In this document: positions 39,365 through 52,293 of the stretch, one piece after another
Numbering within the stretch: the stretch's first letter is position 1
How the letters are laid out: each line of letters begins with the position of its first letter
Position numbers and translations under genes: made by a program
The notes under the pieces: generated by a model
The model's input: only the letters and a program-made list of their open reading frames with translations
Databases searched by the model: none
What the model was told of the DNA's origin: nothing
NCBI GenBank assembly: GCA_973895155.1
Contig: OZ316893.1
Coordinates: 20,650,857-20,714,856, forward strand
Direction of reading: 5' to 3'
Source: Marsupella aquatica
Taxonomy: Eukaryota; Plantae; Marchantiophyta
Length of the DNA stretch: 64,000 nucleotides

Positions 39365-42300
39365 ATGACAATGTCGCAGGAAGAGCTGGTGGATGACATC
39401 TTTTTGCGCCATCCTTTGATGGACTTCCACAACTCATCCTGGACGATTTCCTTAGGGACGGAAACATGGAAGAATCCCTTCCTAATGTTGTGTGTATTTG
39501 AGGGGCTTCCATCGGGGGCATTAGGGTGGGTCAATTATGGCCGTATTGATGTATTTCGACGGGGCGACGAAGTTGTGAACATGTTGATCACAACAAAGGA
39601 AACGTCGACTTTGATTGTCGTGGATGTGGAGAGGTTTTCCGGAACGGCTGCCACCTGCTATCTCGATGAGGACATCGATAGCATCATTGAGACTGTCAAG
39701 TCTCTTTCGAGTGAGGAACGTTACCACGACATCGCGAGAAAGATTTCCGGTTTTGTGTTCGAATTTCACGCTAGCACTTTAAAGAGTGCAATCCGAAAAT
39801 CGCGAGAGATTCTCTGGAAAAGATCAGCAGAGAAGGGGGTAAGTCATCCACCCAAATCTGGGGCTTCCGGTGTTCCTTCTGGATCCAGGCCTAGCATTTT
39901 ACCCGATGACATTTTGACCGTGGTAGCGCCTACAACCTCCCGTGAAGCAGCAGCATCTGGAGGGGGATCTCAAGTTGGCAGATCATCCCAGGGAACGGCT
40001 TTGACTGGTGGGTTGGCACAAGGTACGACTGGAACTTGTACTTCTTCAAAGAAGCGACCTGCTATGACTCTTGAGCTTGCCAAGCCCAGTGCTCCAAAGT
40101 CAAAAAATAAGACTTTGGAGAAAATTCCGACGCATTTGGAGCAAAAGGCTCAATCAATGTCAATGGATGCACAGGTATTGTACCAGGAGGAGATTCTGGG
40201 AAGATGTGGTGTTCAAGAGGAGACCGTGACGGTTGACATTGGTCAACTTTACCCTCCAGTGAGAGAGAAGGCTATGGGCTTGCCCATTTACCAGGTTCGA
40301 CACATCCAACCATATTTCTTGACCCAATTGACCTTGCGGATGAAGACTGTAGGTGCCAGTCCACTTGCAGCTCCGTTTGTCCTCTTGGTGGATCCGAAGG
40401 AGTGTGCTAGTAGGCAAGACTTTGATTTTTCAAGGAAATCTGATTACCATTATTATTTGATTGGGGGCAACCATTCAGCCTGTGCCAAAGCAGACCTTGC
40501 TCTTCAGTTCCCTAACAACAAGGCATTTCAAAGAGTGCAATCTTGGATATTTGCGGGATTGAGTGTGCAAGAGGCAAGAAACTTGGCGTGGAGTCACAAT
40601 ATTGATTCTAAATTTTGACAACAAATGACGACAATCCAGAGAGTAAATTATATTCACATGAGATTTGTGGAGAATGGATTGTCGTCCAACCAGGATTTCA
40701 AGAAAGAGTGTGCTACTGAAATCAATCTCAAGGATTGGGGTGTGCGAAAGGATGTTGAGGTTCTTAATGCCAACGATAATTTATTTCAGTTGGCATTCCG
40801 ACAAGATCCTGTGTGGTCATTTGTGAGGCAGATTTGTGACAAGTGGGAGATGTGTGAGATCAAAGGTCAAAAAGGAGACAAGGGCAAGAAGAAAGTCTCT
40901 AAGTCTGGAGATGCCAAATTGCCTTATGAGGACATGAAATTAACAGAGTGGAGACACATGCAGGCCTTGAAAGATCCTGATATGATTTGCCAAGTGTTAC
41001 AAAGAGTTCTTACTAAAGAACTCTCTTTACAGGAAATGGGTCACGAATTTACTCAACACAAATTTCACATGCAGGTGCAGAAGGCCTTCCTCACGTGTTT
41101 ACACGAGGAGAGTTGGTCAGGTTGTAAAACCAAGTACCCTGAGCATTGCACAGAAAATGTGCTTAAGAATTTCGTACCTGTTTTCCAGACATGGGTAAGA
41201 TTTTGTCACCTTTCTTCGAATGATTGTTTGAATTCATTGAATATTTGGAATCCTTGTTTCTAATTGTAAGGTTCCCTTTTGTAGAAAGATACCACCTCCC
41301 GGAAAAAGAAGGGAGATGAGGAAGGCAAAGATCTCAAGTCATTCCCGGAAAAATTCAATGCGCATATTGTGCAAGCGCAAAATTGGCTATCCATGAAGAC
41401 TTCTAGTCGGCAAACCCAAGAGGGGGAACTTCATCCAAATTCTTTTGAGCATCCAGAGTTTGGTGATGTGCACTATGATATTTTTACTCATGATGCTCAG
41501 CGATTACACGAGGTGGTTCCGGGTCGGGCTTACACATTAGCTTTAGTGGATATCCCCTACGGGTTTGCCTTGCCTGGATGTCTTCATGAGGACACTACTG
41601 GATGGGGAATTGAGGAGATCACAAAAATGGTCCAATCTTTCAAGGTGGCTACTACTACAAAGTTGTGGCGTATTATCATTCACCACAGCCTTGACCAATA
41701 TGAGGCCATCAAGACTGTTTTGAAAGCGGAGTGTAATGGAGGGTTCCAGAATTGTGTGTGGTAAGAAATATTTGTTTTTGAAAAAAACAATTATTAGTTG
41801 TTCATGATTTCATGAACCATGTTTCTAAGTTTAAATGACTCCTTGACTTTTTGTGACTTTTCAGGGTTAAGGATAATGTGAAGAATGCTGGTGGGCCAAG
41901 ATTGAACAGCAACTTTGAGTGCTTTACAATTGGCTTTCACAGCCAAGATAGTAAACGGTCATTGGAGCACTTCAATTTTGACACAAATGAATCCAGGAAC
42001 AATGTGGTTGTATGCGCAGCTGTGACTAAGAAGCTGAAACACAACGGGGATAACAAGGCAGTGAATGTCTATCAGAAACCACGTGCATTGTTAGATTGGG
42101 AAGTGAGTCATTTTAGTCAGGTTGGAGACTGGGTTTTGGATATTTGTTTAGGATCAGGGACTGGGACAACCTCCTCCTTGGCCATGGGGAGACATTGCGT
42201 TGCCATTGAGATTGACGAGCGACAGAGCAGTGTGTTGAAAGGGAGGATTCTTAACCTTGCAGATAACATTGAAGAGGAAGACGGACAGGGGGAGACGGAT

Positions 42301-42426
42301 GAGGATAGTGAGGAAGACATTCCTCAGGCCGGAGAGGATAGCGTGGTTGACGATGCCACAATTGTTCCAGAATTGACGGCAGGGACTTCCGGAACCGAGG
42401 AAGGGGAAGCGGTCCATTTGGATTAG
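39365..42426 (+). CDS. ParB/Srx-like domain fused to a beta-class N6-adenine/N4-cytosine DNA methyltransferase. Exons 39365-41194, 41285-41760, 41865-42426, with one in-frame TGA at 40616-40618
   Basis: The ParB-like motifs are PFVLLVDP...YYLIGGNHSACAK...IFAGLSVQEARNLAWSHN. MTase motifs occur in beta order: LALVDIPYG (IV), CVWVKD, QKPRALL (X), VLDICLGSGT (I), GRHCVAIEID (II). Both GT-AG introns join the ORFs in frame. Confidence 0.85.
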
Positions 42427-44758
42427 ACTAGGTAAATAGAGGGACTTGTAGCATTTGAAACCACTTGGGGTTAAGTTGGGTTATATTCTGTAAAACTTTG
42501 AGTTTGACTTAAACTCTGATGGATGAGTTTGATTTTGACTACTTTTATAAAGTGCATATTTCAAGGTTTATACAATTGTGAGAATATCATATAAGATATG
42601 CTTAGATTTTGGTGGTAAGATTCTCTTGAGTCTAGTTTGGAAAATACATACCATTTTTTGGTGGTTTTTTGGTACACATTTTTGAATATCAGGAAGATTT
42701 TGAAAAGAGAAATAAGGCTTTGGACTCATCCCTTAAGGCTTCTTGTTTCTTTGGACCCTTTTTTTTTACTAGCACTTTAAACAAAAGTGGAAAACAAACT
42801 ATTCTGGAAAAGTGGCAAGAGTTGGTGTTTCTGTGATCACGTTCAACAAAATTAGTGTTAGTAACTAATTCTCACATAACACTAATTATGGTGTACAGAG
42901 TAGTAGTGAAAACTTTGAAGATGCACAGCATTTACAATGCTTGGCTAAGCCAATGTAGAGCCCATCTTTCAAGGAACAATATCTGTGCAAGCATGTGAAG
43001 GTGGTGCACTTGCAAAACTCATTCACTATTTATGCCACATACAAGCAATTTTGAGTCATTTTGAGATCAATTGTTTATGGACAATTGAAACTCATTGCAA
43101 CGTTGGGGGACATTACGGTCCTTGTAAGCCACTACTCCAAGGAAACAGGAAAAGACAAGTAAAGAGATATCAATCAGGAATAGATTTGATAATAAGACCC
43201 AGATTGGAGGGCTGAGATTTCCAAGTCATTTTGACCAAGTGCATGGAATGACATGGCTGATAAAGCATGAGTTGACATAGGTGCTTGCTTGAATGGACCA
43301 CGATGGTTGGTGTCATGTCGACTCTGATGGAACCAGTACTTCAAACTCAAAAATAATGACCAAGGTACAAAGGAAAAGTGCTATTTGAGTAAACAGCATT
43401 AATTCAAAGTAGTCTATGCCAGTTCCAATAGTCCATCCAAGCAAACTTTGTGATCTATTGGAGCTTCAATTTCGAATTTAAAGCTCTCATTTTCAAACTG
43501 ATACCTTTCTATAACTAGTGGAAAATTTACAAACACTCAAAAATTACGCTTTGCAGATATCTACAGGTTCTGTAATTTCCTACTTTGTGGATTTTTGATA
43601 AGTCCGTGGTTGAGTTGAATGGGTGAACCCATGGAAAAGCATATTGAGTTAAAATAATCTTTAACTAGTATGATTAAGACTTTGAAAGGCTGTCAACCAA
43701 AGTAGAGTGAAAAGTTTTGGGGGCAGAAAAAAACGGATCAAAAGATCTCATGTTAGTTTGCATGAAGTGGACAGTTGCTGTCCAAATCACGCACACCTAC
43801 AGATAAGTAACCGGAATTGAACTCAGTCATCTTTGAAAACTTAGTTGACTAAATGACTAGTTAAATTTGAAATAATTTCTTATTGTGTTGCAACCCCGTC
43901 AATTATCAGTAGCTGATATTGTACATCAGTTGCTCACATCAATTGTTTGCATGTGTAACCTTCCTACTCAGTGAGGCAGCCAAGGGCTGCCAAGCAGAAA
44001 AGTCTTGAGAAGGTTAAGCCAAATGGATTTCCCCATAAATTTTCACTCAACAAGGTTGAGCAAAAAAGTGACTCAGTGAGATCAGCTGGGTGTAAAGTAG
44101 TTTCCACTGGGGAGGCTGCCAAGACAAACAAGCCCATGCCAAAATGGTGTAAGTTAGAGTTTGGGGAGGGTCCCCAGCTTCAGTGGTGTGGATGATTGGT
44201 ATGGGTGATTAATAATTGATGGGTTAAGAGCCTCTGGTTTTGAAAAGAAACGAGTGAACTCACAAAAACCAATGAATCTTAATAATACATTGCAAACAGA
44301 AGCTAGAGTTGGGGTCTAGGCTGCTAGAGTAGGCTTCTAGAGTGCAACCTCTAGACCTTGAGCTCTATGGCCCCAGGGCCCCACCATATGAATGGAAAGA
44401 ATCATGGATAGATTTACTGTCAAATGATGATAATGCAAAAAAAATTGTCATCCTTTCTCTTGGGATTCAAAGAATGGGCATTGAGTCTTGTTTAGAGTAA
44501 TGAAAAGGCAATGGAGAAATGTGACTTGGCAAGGGCTGCAACATTCTGGGTTCCCAGAGACACATCTTTTCGAGAGGTTCCTCATTGGTCAGCACGGCTG
44601 GGAAATGCCTCCTGAGTGGGTCCTTCTGGATCACCTCAACGAACTGAGCCATGTATCGTACCAGCATCAGGAAACTCAGGAATCAGAGTATGACGACTGG
44701 ATTTGGCCCAATCCATGGAATTCAGTCCACTGTAGATGAGAGCAGAGATACAACAGCT

Positions 44759-47700
44759 ATGGCTTCTTCAGCCGCAATGGCAAGTTTGAGCTACGCAACT
44801 CCGATTGCAATTGCTGGACGCATTTCTTCTTGTCACCCATCAGGAATCCCAGAGCCTCGCAAGCTGCTCCTCGCACTCCCACTCCCACTTCCGTCGTGTC
44901 CGATCATCAACCATCTGGGTGGCACCAACCGGGATCTTCTGCTGCCTGTTAGAAGAAGGATAATCGCTGCTGCACAGAGCAGTAGCAGCAATGCGCAAAG
45001 CCAGACTTCTGTGGATGCTGCAGGAGAAGACGAAGAAGAAGAAGAAGAGCGAACTAGACAGTGTCTGCAGGATCTGGCGGTACGATCAATTGCATCTGTT
45101 TTGTTCCCCATGTTGCAATATCAATCCCTGTTCTCGCCACGGACAATGTTTCAAATTGTGGACAAAGTTCAACAGGGCAGTTCATGTGGTCAACCACTTG
45201 ACAACTGTGCAATTCAAGAATTTTGCTCATTTAACGAAGAGATTGGACGTCACACTGTTCCCGCTAAGTTTCCGAAGGCTTGACAATGTCATGGAAAGGT
45301 TCTAAACAGATTTGGAACGACAAGAGTCCTCGTTGACAATTTGTCGCAGAATGCCTGTCATGTTAAATACATTTTTATTATCATCTGAACCTTTGATCGT
45401 CGGCATTCTGCTGAATCAATATCCACCGTGGATTTAGTTGACACTCTTGGGACCAGATGTCAACATAATTAGAGAAATAGAGGTACCTGGCTACAGAATA
45501 TAGAAAATTTACATTGGAAATGATGACTTCATCTTACAGCAATTTCCTGTGGTCTTCTGAATCCGGGTACACTGCATCTCCAATCCTGTACAATAACATT
45601 CAGATTCAGTTTCCTCGTGGAAACTATGGAGAGAAGATGAAAGTTTCTAATCCTCGAGCGTTATTTTTGGAAGTACAAATTACTGAAGTACATTCTCATA
45701 ACGACGTGCGATTGCCAGAGTCCCAGCAACGATATGATACTTATACTGGGTTGCCCTTAGTTCTAGAATAGCATCGTTGAAATATTGCCTTTCCATAAAT
45801 GATTGAATTGTCTTGATTCTGTGTTAGTGCAGGAGACTTTGATCCTACCCCCAGATTTTCTGTCGAAGCTCCCCGACGGTCTCAAAGTTGATGTGAGTAA
45901 AACACTAAGAGCAGAATTTGTTGCTGGTTTGCCATAGATTGGTTATTAGGAATTGATGCATTAGTGCTTCAGATTGTTATAACCGGAATTTGTTCGTGGA
46001 TGGCATGCGTGATCAAAGGGACATTCAATGATTAATATCCGCTTTGCATTTTCCTCACTGAGCTTCTTCCTCAGCAGTAGATAAGGTGGTGATGTAGTTT
46101 GTCGAGAATGAGTGCACCTGTTGTACAGGGCAATAATTTATGACCCTTCTGTTATCATCAGGTGAACGATGCTGCATTTGCCCTGTCTAGTGGACCACTT
46201 AACCAAGAGGTTAGTGCCCTCAATCAGTACATCAGGAGCGACCTTGTTGGAACCTTCCAAGCAGACAGCTGTTTCGCTCGGTTGCTCAGTTTTTGTTAGT
46301 CTATGGTAGTAGCTTCCCTGCAAACGATTTTCTCTCCACTGTCATTTTTTGTAGCATGCTTAGTGATCCGCTTCTCTATAAGTTCCTTGTAGTAGGTTTT
46401 GAGGGATTGATAGTAATGAAAGATCTGGGAAGGTGCTCAGTGTGGGGAGACAGTGGGAGCATTGGTGATGGGACTGTCAAGAGCTTTAGAGCAGGCAGAC
46501 ACACAAACCACAGCGACTCTGGCTGTGGAAGTGCCTTCTATACAAGAGAATTTACCGAGTGACTCTGCCTCAAATGTTGGTGAGTTGATTACCTGGAAAT
46601 GTTGTTTCTTGTTGTCTTCTTTAGGGTCTCAGATCTTAATTTGGATTCCGTTACATTTCACTGTGTTGTTTTTCTCTAGTTCCTTCCATTTTGTGGAGCA
46701 TCATAGTTATGCCCCCAGGAGTGATGCGCACATACCCTGTTTAGTTTACGAGTGAGTGAAAGCGGATATTATGACTTTCTGTGGGTCGTACTAACGTGAG
46801 AGATTGAGTCAGAAATTTCCAAGAAATTATGGAAGGGGACAGCCGGTGACATTGGCTAGAGTGTATGTGCAGCTCTCGGAAAACGGCTGCAAGCTGCGGG
46901 AAGATTCTTGGCATCCACAGGTCAATATGGTAATGGAGAGCTTCTAAAGGTTGGTCAGCCATGACATCTTGAATCTCTGAATCTGCACAGTTGTGGAACG
47001 TATAACCACCTCTTCCGGCTCAAGTGCAGGTGGCAAACCTTATTACTGTCCTCTGTCAGTCTTAAGGTTTGTCCATACCTATTCAGAGTGTAGGTTCAAC
47101 TCTTTTGGCGATAGTTTGTGTGCCGGCTTTCGATTCTGAGGTTGTTACTAGTTTGTCAACTATCGTGGCCTGCCAAGTTTTCTGGAGTGCCGGATTTCTT
47201 TGGCTGCTTGTGTACTGAAACTCAGTGCTGATTTTCCCACTAGTTTGTCGAACAGTTTGATTTTTCCAGTTTCCTGTAGGTGCCTGTTTGCTTGCACTCG
47301 TCGGAGGCTGTTACAAGATAAACTCGTGGAAAAGCCTGATTGTTGCCTGCTGTGTAGTTGTCGAAGGCTTTGTTAGCTGCAGGGGAAGCACTCTCACTGA
47401 GCAATCCTAACCCGGCAGATACAGCTCCTCCAAAAGAAACTTCTCGGATGTTCAAGGTATTCCTACAGTCGCCGATGCCGATTCTTTGTGTCAAATTCGA
47501 TTAAATTCAGTAAATACTAATTCTCCACTATAGAATCATGAATTTGGAAATACTTCCCCACATCCAGAAAATTTGCAACGTGCTTCCTCAACGAATTGTT
47601 GAAGCGCTCAGATAACTTTTGCATGTGAGGGTCACAATATTTCATATTAAAATAATCGGGAAGTACAAGCTGAAGAAAAGGGCTTTTACAGAGTATTTGA

Positions 47701-48484
47701 GCTACCTGCACTCATAAACTTGGAATCTCATCGTGTTCGGAGGGAAATTGGGTTCCTCTCTTAGTCCAGTACCGTGAATTGTTCCGGACAATTGATTTTG
47801 AAGACACGTTCGAATCATTGTCTTGGCCATTTTGCAGTTCGGAGATTTACAAGTGAAGCTAACAGCACAGAGGGCCTACGCGGGCGTGGCTATAGCATCT
47901 GTGTTCGGGTATTACCCTTGTATCTGACACATAACTTGGATGTAAAGACTAGGAGCTTGATGTGTGAAGTCAAGGCTCCGAATCAGATTCCCTTAAGCAA
48001 ATTGGTTCAGGTTGATATTACATAACGTCTGTTTGCTAGCTGGCGAGATTAGTTGAAGAGAAAATAACTGCTGTGCGGGTCCAGTTCCTGATTATGCATT
48101 TCAGTTGACAGGGGTCACGAATGAAAAAAATCTGTATTGTTCTGGACCAGGATATTGTGTTGGAACTTCGCATCAGGACTGGCGAACACTTCAGTAGATC
48201 CATCACAATATGCCAATAACAGCGCTTTCAACGTTGCCTCGGTAATTTGGTCCATCCTAGTGCCACCCCCTGCTTTTCCGTCTTTTAGAAAATTTCCACG
48301 TCTTCTTAATCGTATGTCAACAATAACATTCAGTAGGAAACTGACAGCATTCCCTGTGTTCATGCTGCAGTCACTGAGAGGAGCATTTTTAGCTGGAGGC
48401 TATGCTTGCTCAGCTCTATCTGCCATGTCCATGGTAGGCCTTTTTGCTCTTGCATCTCAGCTGGGCCCAGAGGATCGTTCCTGA
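44759..48484 (+). CDS. Conserved plastid-targeted membrane protein of unknown function (resembles my recollection of Arabidopsis AT4G24090), multi-exon
   Basis: A transit peptide is followed by exon peptides LILPPDFLSKLPDGLKVD, VNDAAFALSSGPLNQE, CGETVGALVMGLSRALEQADT, MGQYG, FGDLQVKLT, SQYANNSAF and SLRGAFLAGGY...QLGPEDRS*. Confidence 0.75.
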
Positions 48485-48848
48485 ACGAAATTTTATAACC
48501 TTTAAATGTACAGCAATTTCTGGTAGGCCAGTGCCTGAACATGAGGTGATTAACTCGGCACTGTCTTCCAGATAACCGCACATAGTAATGGCTCTAACAT
48601 CCCCTCCTGGACACAACATGTCTCTGCTGAGTATAAAAAGACACCATCCATGCCTGGTCGTAGAAGGCTTTGTCACTTCAAAGCATTCTATCTACTATTT
48701 GCAAAATTCAGCCCAGTGATGGCAAATCCAATTGTTTTGAGTGCTCTCTTGAATTCAAATACAGAAATGGTAACTTTCAAGAGATTTCGAACACTCTAGT
48801 CACTGGTTGTTGGTGTCCATTGTTGATCTAGACATGAATCAACAGGCA

Positions 48849-51800
48849 TCAGTCATCTTCAAGTGGACTGATAGTGTGTATTTCAACATCGTCCATGTCA
48901 TTTGCCCGTACTGTATATTGGAAGGTCCACCCATTGCAAGCCCCAGCATGCTTTCCTTTGCGATTGACTGCAAACACAGCACCCACAAAGCTGGGATACT
49001 TTCGCTTTATACGCTCCATTGCATCCTTCGTCGCAGACTTTGGGCTTTCTCCCCGTCTCATACTCTCCACGACCTGATAGCTACTCACCCAACCACAAAC
49101 CACCAGCAAAGAAAACATTAGGGATTGGTCGACGTCCTCAAAATGCATATGGTTTACTGATTTTGAAAATGCATCATGTGATCAAATAATATCTCGGTGG
49201 CCAGCACAAAAAACAGGCACTTCCGTATATACACGACAAAGAGGAGAAGACCACAACCTAAGGGAACTTAAACTTGAAGAGCACTACACAGAGATAGACC
49301 AAGTTCCGTTTTGTTCCTCCACGACCAATTCAGCAAGAGAGAAAATAAAGTCACGTTTTTTAAGAGGTCGATAAGCTACTTGGAAATTCAGGAAGCACGT
49401 CAACGAGATCGAAGTAACACTGAAATAAACTCAGCATTGTGATGAATACGCATTATGACCGCAGATGGTTGACCTTGCTCTGTACCAAATTCGTATAGGT
49501 TCCACGTATAAATTCAAAGTGAAGGGAGATTTGCACACAAATTTCAAATGTCATCAATCACTCAAAGAGTAATTGACACAAAACTTTGGGGACTGCCCTA
49601 ATATACACCAGGATAAACTAATACCATGGTACGAATCGCATCATGATGTCGCCATCACCAGTGGCGCCACAAGCACCAACATCATCATCAGCATAGGCAG
49701 ACGCTCCTACAATCGGGCCGTCACCCACTCTGTATCACCAAGCAAGCCGTTACATATGTTGCTGTGGCGTATTCAAAGAAGAATAGTAAGCTCTTCGACC
49801 TCAGCATTGCTCCCTTAGCTCAGTGGCCCACAACAACCCTGACAAAGATGAATGAATTACAATATATTCAAAACGAATGTGCTGAAGACGATACCTGCCA
49901 GGAATTTTGTGTGATGCTCCGTTTGTTGATGTTCCAACCGCTATCTTTCTTCCCTTGAATTAATTCAAAACAAGATGGAGAAAATGACAGTTAGACCAGC
50001 GCCAACTTGGCATCAGATATTGTAGATTTAAGTTCTGCTCCAAATGAAGAATGGTTTCGGCTATCAAGAGTTCCCTGTTCAAAGTCGTAAAGGCCCTATT
50101 GTAAACTTCAAATGCACAGGAAAACAAGTCATTATTTCGCTCAGTTATAAACTTAATTCTCAATGTACCAAAATGAAATACAAGACTAATTTCGATGAGC
50201 AGTGCACTTGTATCTGAATCCTCTCATTCTTCTACTAGCCACGGACAGTCAGTGAGACCTTACTCTGTCAATGACAGCCATGGATATTGTGTCATGGTTG
50301 GAAAATCCCAAGCCATCACGCGTTCTTGATTTCAAGGCTTCCCGATTTGTATCACTGCAACCTTCTGGCGTGAATAGGAGACTTGCCTTGAATTGACTGT
50401 CAGGATCATCAGATTGGAGTCGGTATGGACCACAAGAAACTCTGGAATCAGGAATGACATTCTTCCTGAAATTGGGTTGACATTGCCAATCATGCCAAGT
50501 TGACCACTGGTGCAACGAATCATCCGTACTCAAATTGGATGGCCCGGGAATCCCTAGCGACAGTGCAAAGGCAGATGCCTGATCACCAACCAGAAACGAG
50601 TGTTCACTATGATCAAGAACAAGCTTGGCTGCTCTGATGGCATGTTTAACTGAACGCAATGCTCCAACAGCTCCAACATCCATGGTTGTCTGGCCATCCC
50701 TTTGCAATAACATCAAAGTAGCCAAATAATTGATTAAAACATTGGATCGACGAGTCTGTCTAGTGTGAATATTCAAAGCAATTCACTGAGTTGGACAAAG
50801 GACATACTTATGGTCGGTAGAAATTCAAAGGACATGCCAGTCAGCCTGAGAAAAACTTTACAATATATGCTTATCAATGGAAGAAGTCCTTCTCTGCGAA
50901 CATCACGTTCAAGAGGGTCCCAAAGTTATGGAGTCCACTAAAATGAAGTTGTGTTTGAAGTGTTTGTCACCACGAAGATAAATGCATGCTATGTACCGCC
51001 AGCCAAATAGCATGAATAGCATCAGAGTTCCATCATCTTTCCAGGAGGGAGAGATACACTTACACCATCCATGACCATTGCGTCCAGTGTTGTCTCCCCA
51101 GCTTCGTCAGGACTACCACCGTATCCAACTGCAACGGAGACCAAGGATTGCCGCAAAATGCTCAGTTCAGATTACACTTTACACCCTGCAGAAACAGGCT
51201 AAAATGTGAACAAGAGATAATCACAAAACTTCACTGACTAATTGCAAGGCCCGAGCCAATGTACGAGAAAGAGAAGAGGCCCCTACATTTACTTTCTCAA
51301 CATATAAAGTTAAGAGACGGAAACTGTTTTGAGGCAAGAAATACTTAAATAATGTCCTATCAATGCTGCGTAGAGACAGCCTAACAAGGCACGCTATACT
51401 GCAGCTCTAGCCTTGGGATTGAAACAAGGACACAGTTGGCCAGCGGCTTCATATGTGAGAAATGGGGAAAGCAATCACCACTATTTATGGGAATGACGGG
51501 AAGTCTCATCAGGTTCGAAGAACAAAGAATTGCACTGCAGTGCAGTGAATTATATAATTCTATGTAAAATAACCCACAACACTGCACCGAAAATATATGG
51601 TTGGATGTATTGCGGCTCATCATCCATCACGACCTAGAGCTGAACAATGTATCTATTTACGCACCAGAAAGGTCACAACGAAGCTCTTCGCAGGTGCTGC
51701 ACCCCTCCACGACAGCATCCACAGAGGATCCACCCTGGTCCACCACCGTCCATGCCGCTCTTACTGCCTCCACAAATCCCCACGTACTTATCACTAAAGG

Positions 51801-52293
51801 AAATCGGCTGTCCCCATCCTCACCATCCCTTGCCTGCACTGCTGTTAGCTTCTGCACAGAATCGAATCTATGTGAAAACCTTCTCGTAACAGTGAGCTCC
51901 TTTGCATATGAAGATAAACGAGGGTCGACATAGAAGGTGGGCCTTGCTTCAATTGCTTTCAAAACAAGAAAGATTTATCTTATCACTCCTATTTCGTTGA
52001 AGGAAAATCAAAGGAAACAATCCCCATCGCCGACTTCACTGAAGGGACATGGATGTCGCTAGAGTCATCGTTGTCGCCATCTTATCACTCCTATTTCGTT
52101 GAAGGAAAATCAAAGGAAACAATCCCCATCGCCGACTTCACTGAAGGGACATGGATGTCGCTAGAGTCATCGTTGAAACCATTGCGACAAGAAAGAAAGG
52201 CCTCACCTCAGGAGGAGAGGAGCATTGATGAGAGGTCGAAGCCAATGCCAAGAAATACAACACAATGATCATCCACTGCCAGAACGCCATCAT
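48849..52293 (-). CDS. AGA: Glycosylasparaginase / N4-(beta-N-acetylglucosaminyl)-L-asparaginase (Ntn-hydrolase), multi-exon
   Basis: It has a signal-peptide exon ([19 protein letters not shown]), then PLVISTWGF and [22 protein letters not shown]. The [10 protein letters not shown] autocleavage site supplies the nucleophile Thr. It continues [23 protein letters not shown] and GKHAGAC. Confidence 0.92.
51977..52175. repeat. Near-perfect ~100 bp tandem duplication in AGA intron 1
   Basis: atcttatcactcctatttcgttgaagg...gctagagtcatcgttg occurs twice. Confidence 0.92.

Larger units (their letters stand above)
34963..42880. mobile_element. DNA transposon (DUF7869/Sola-like DDD transposase) carrying a ParB-methyltransferase cargo gene. 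Ends are approximate
   Basis: Two divergent genes are bracketed by a subterminal inverted repeat: aacaagaagccttaaatgatgagt (35133-35156) vs actcatcccttaaggcttcttgtt (42724-42747). A second match is ttgccact/agtggcaa. A 51 bp tandem array lies at 35007-35130. Confidence 0.75.

Noticed and set aside
39365-42426. Bacterial contamination as the source of the MTase
   Set aside because: The gene has two frame-restoring GT-AG introns and lies between ordinary plant genes.
34958-42881. Apparent 5 bp TSD 'taaca' around TG...CA ends of the MTase transposon
   Set aside because: The left 'taaca' is the 3' end of the solo LTR, which has its own tgtga TSD, so the match is probably coincidental.
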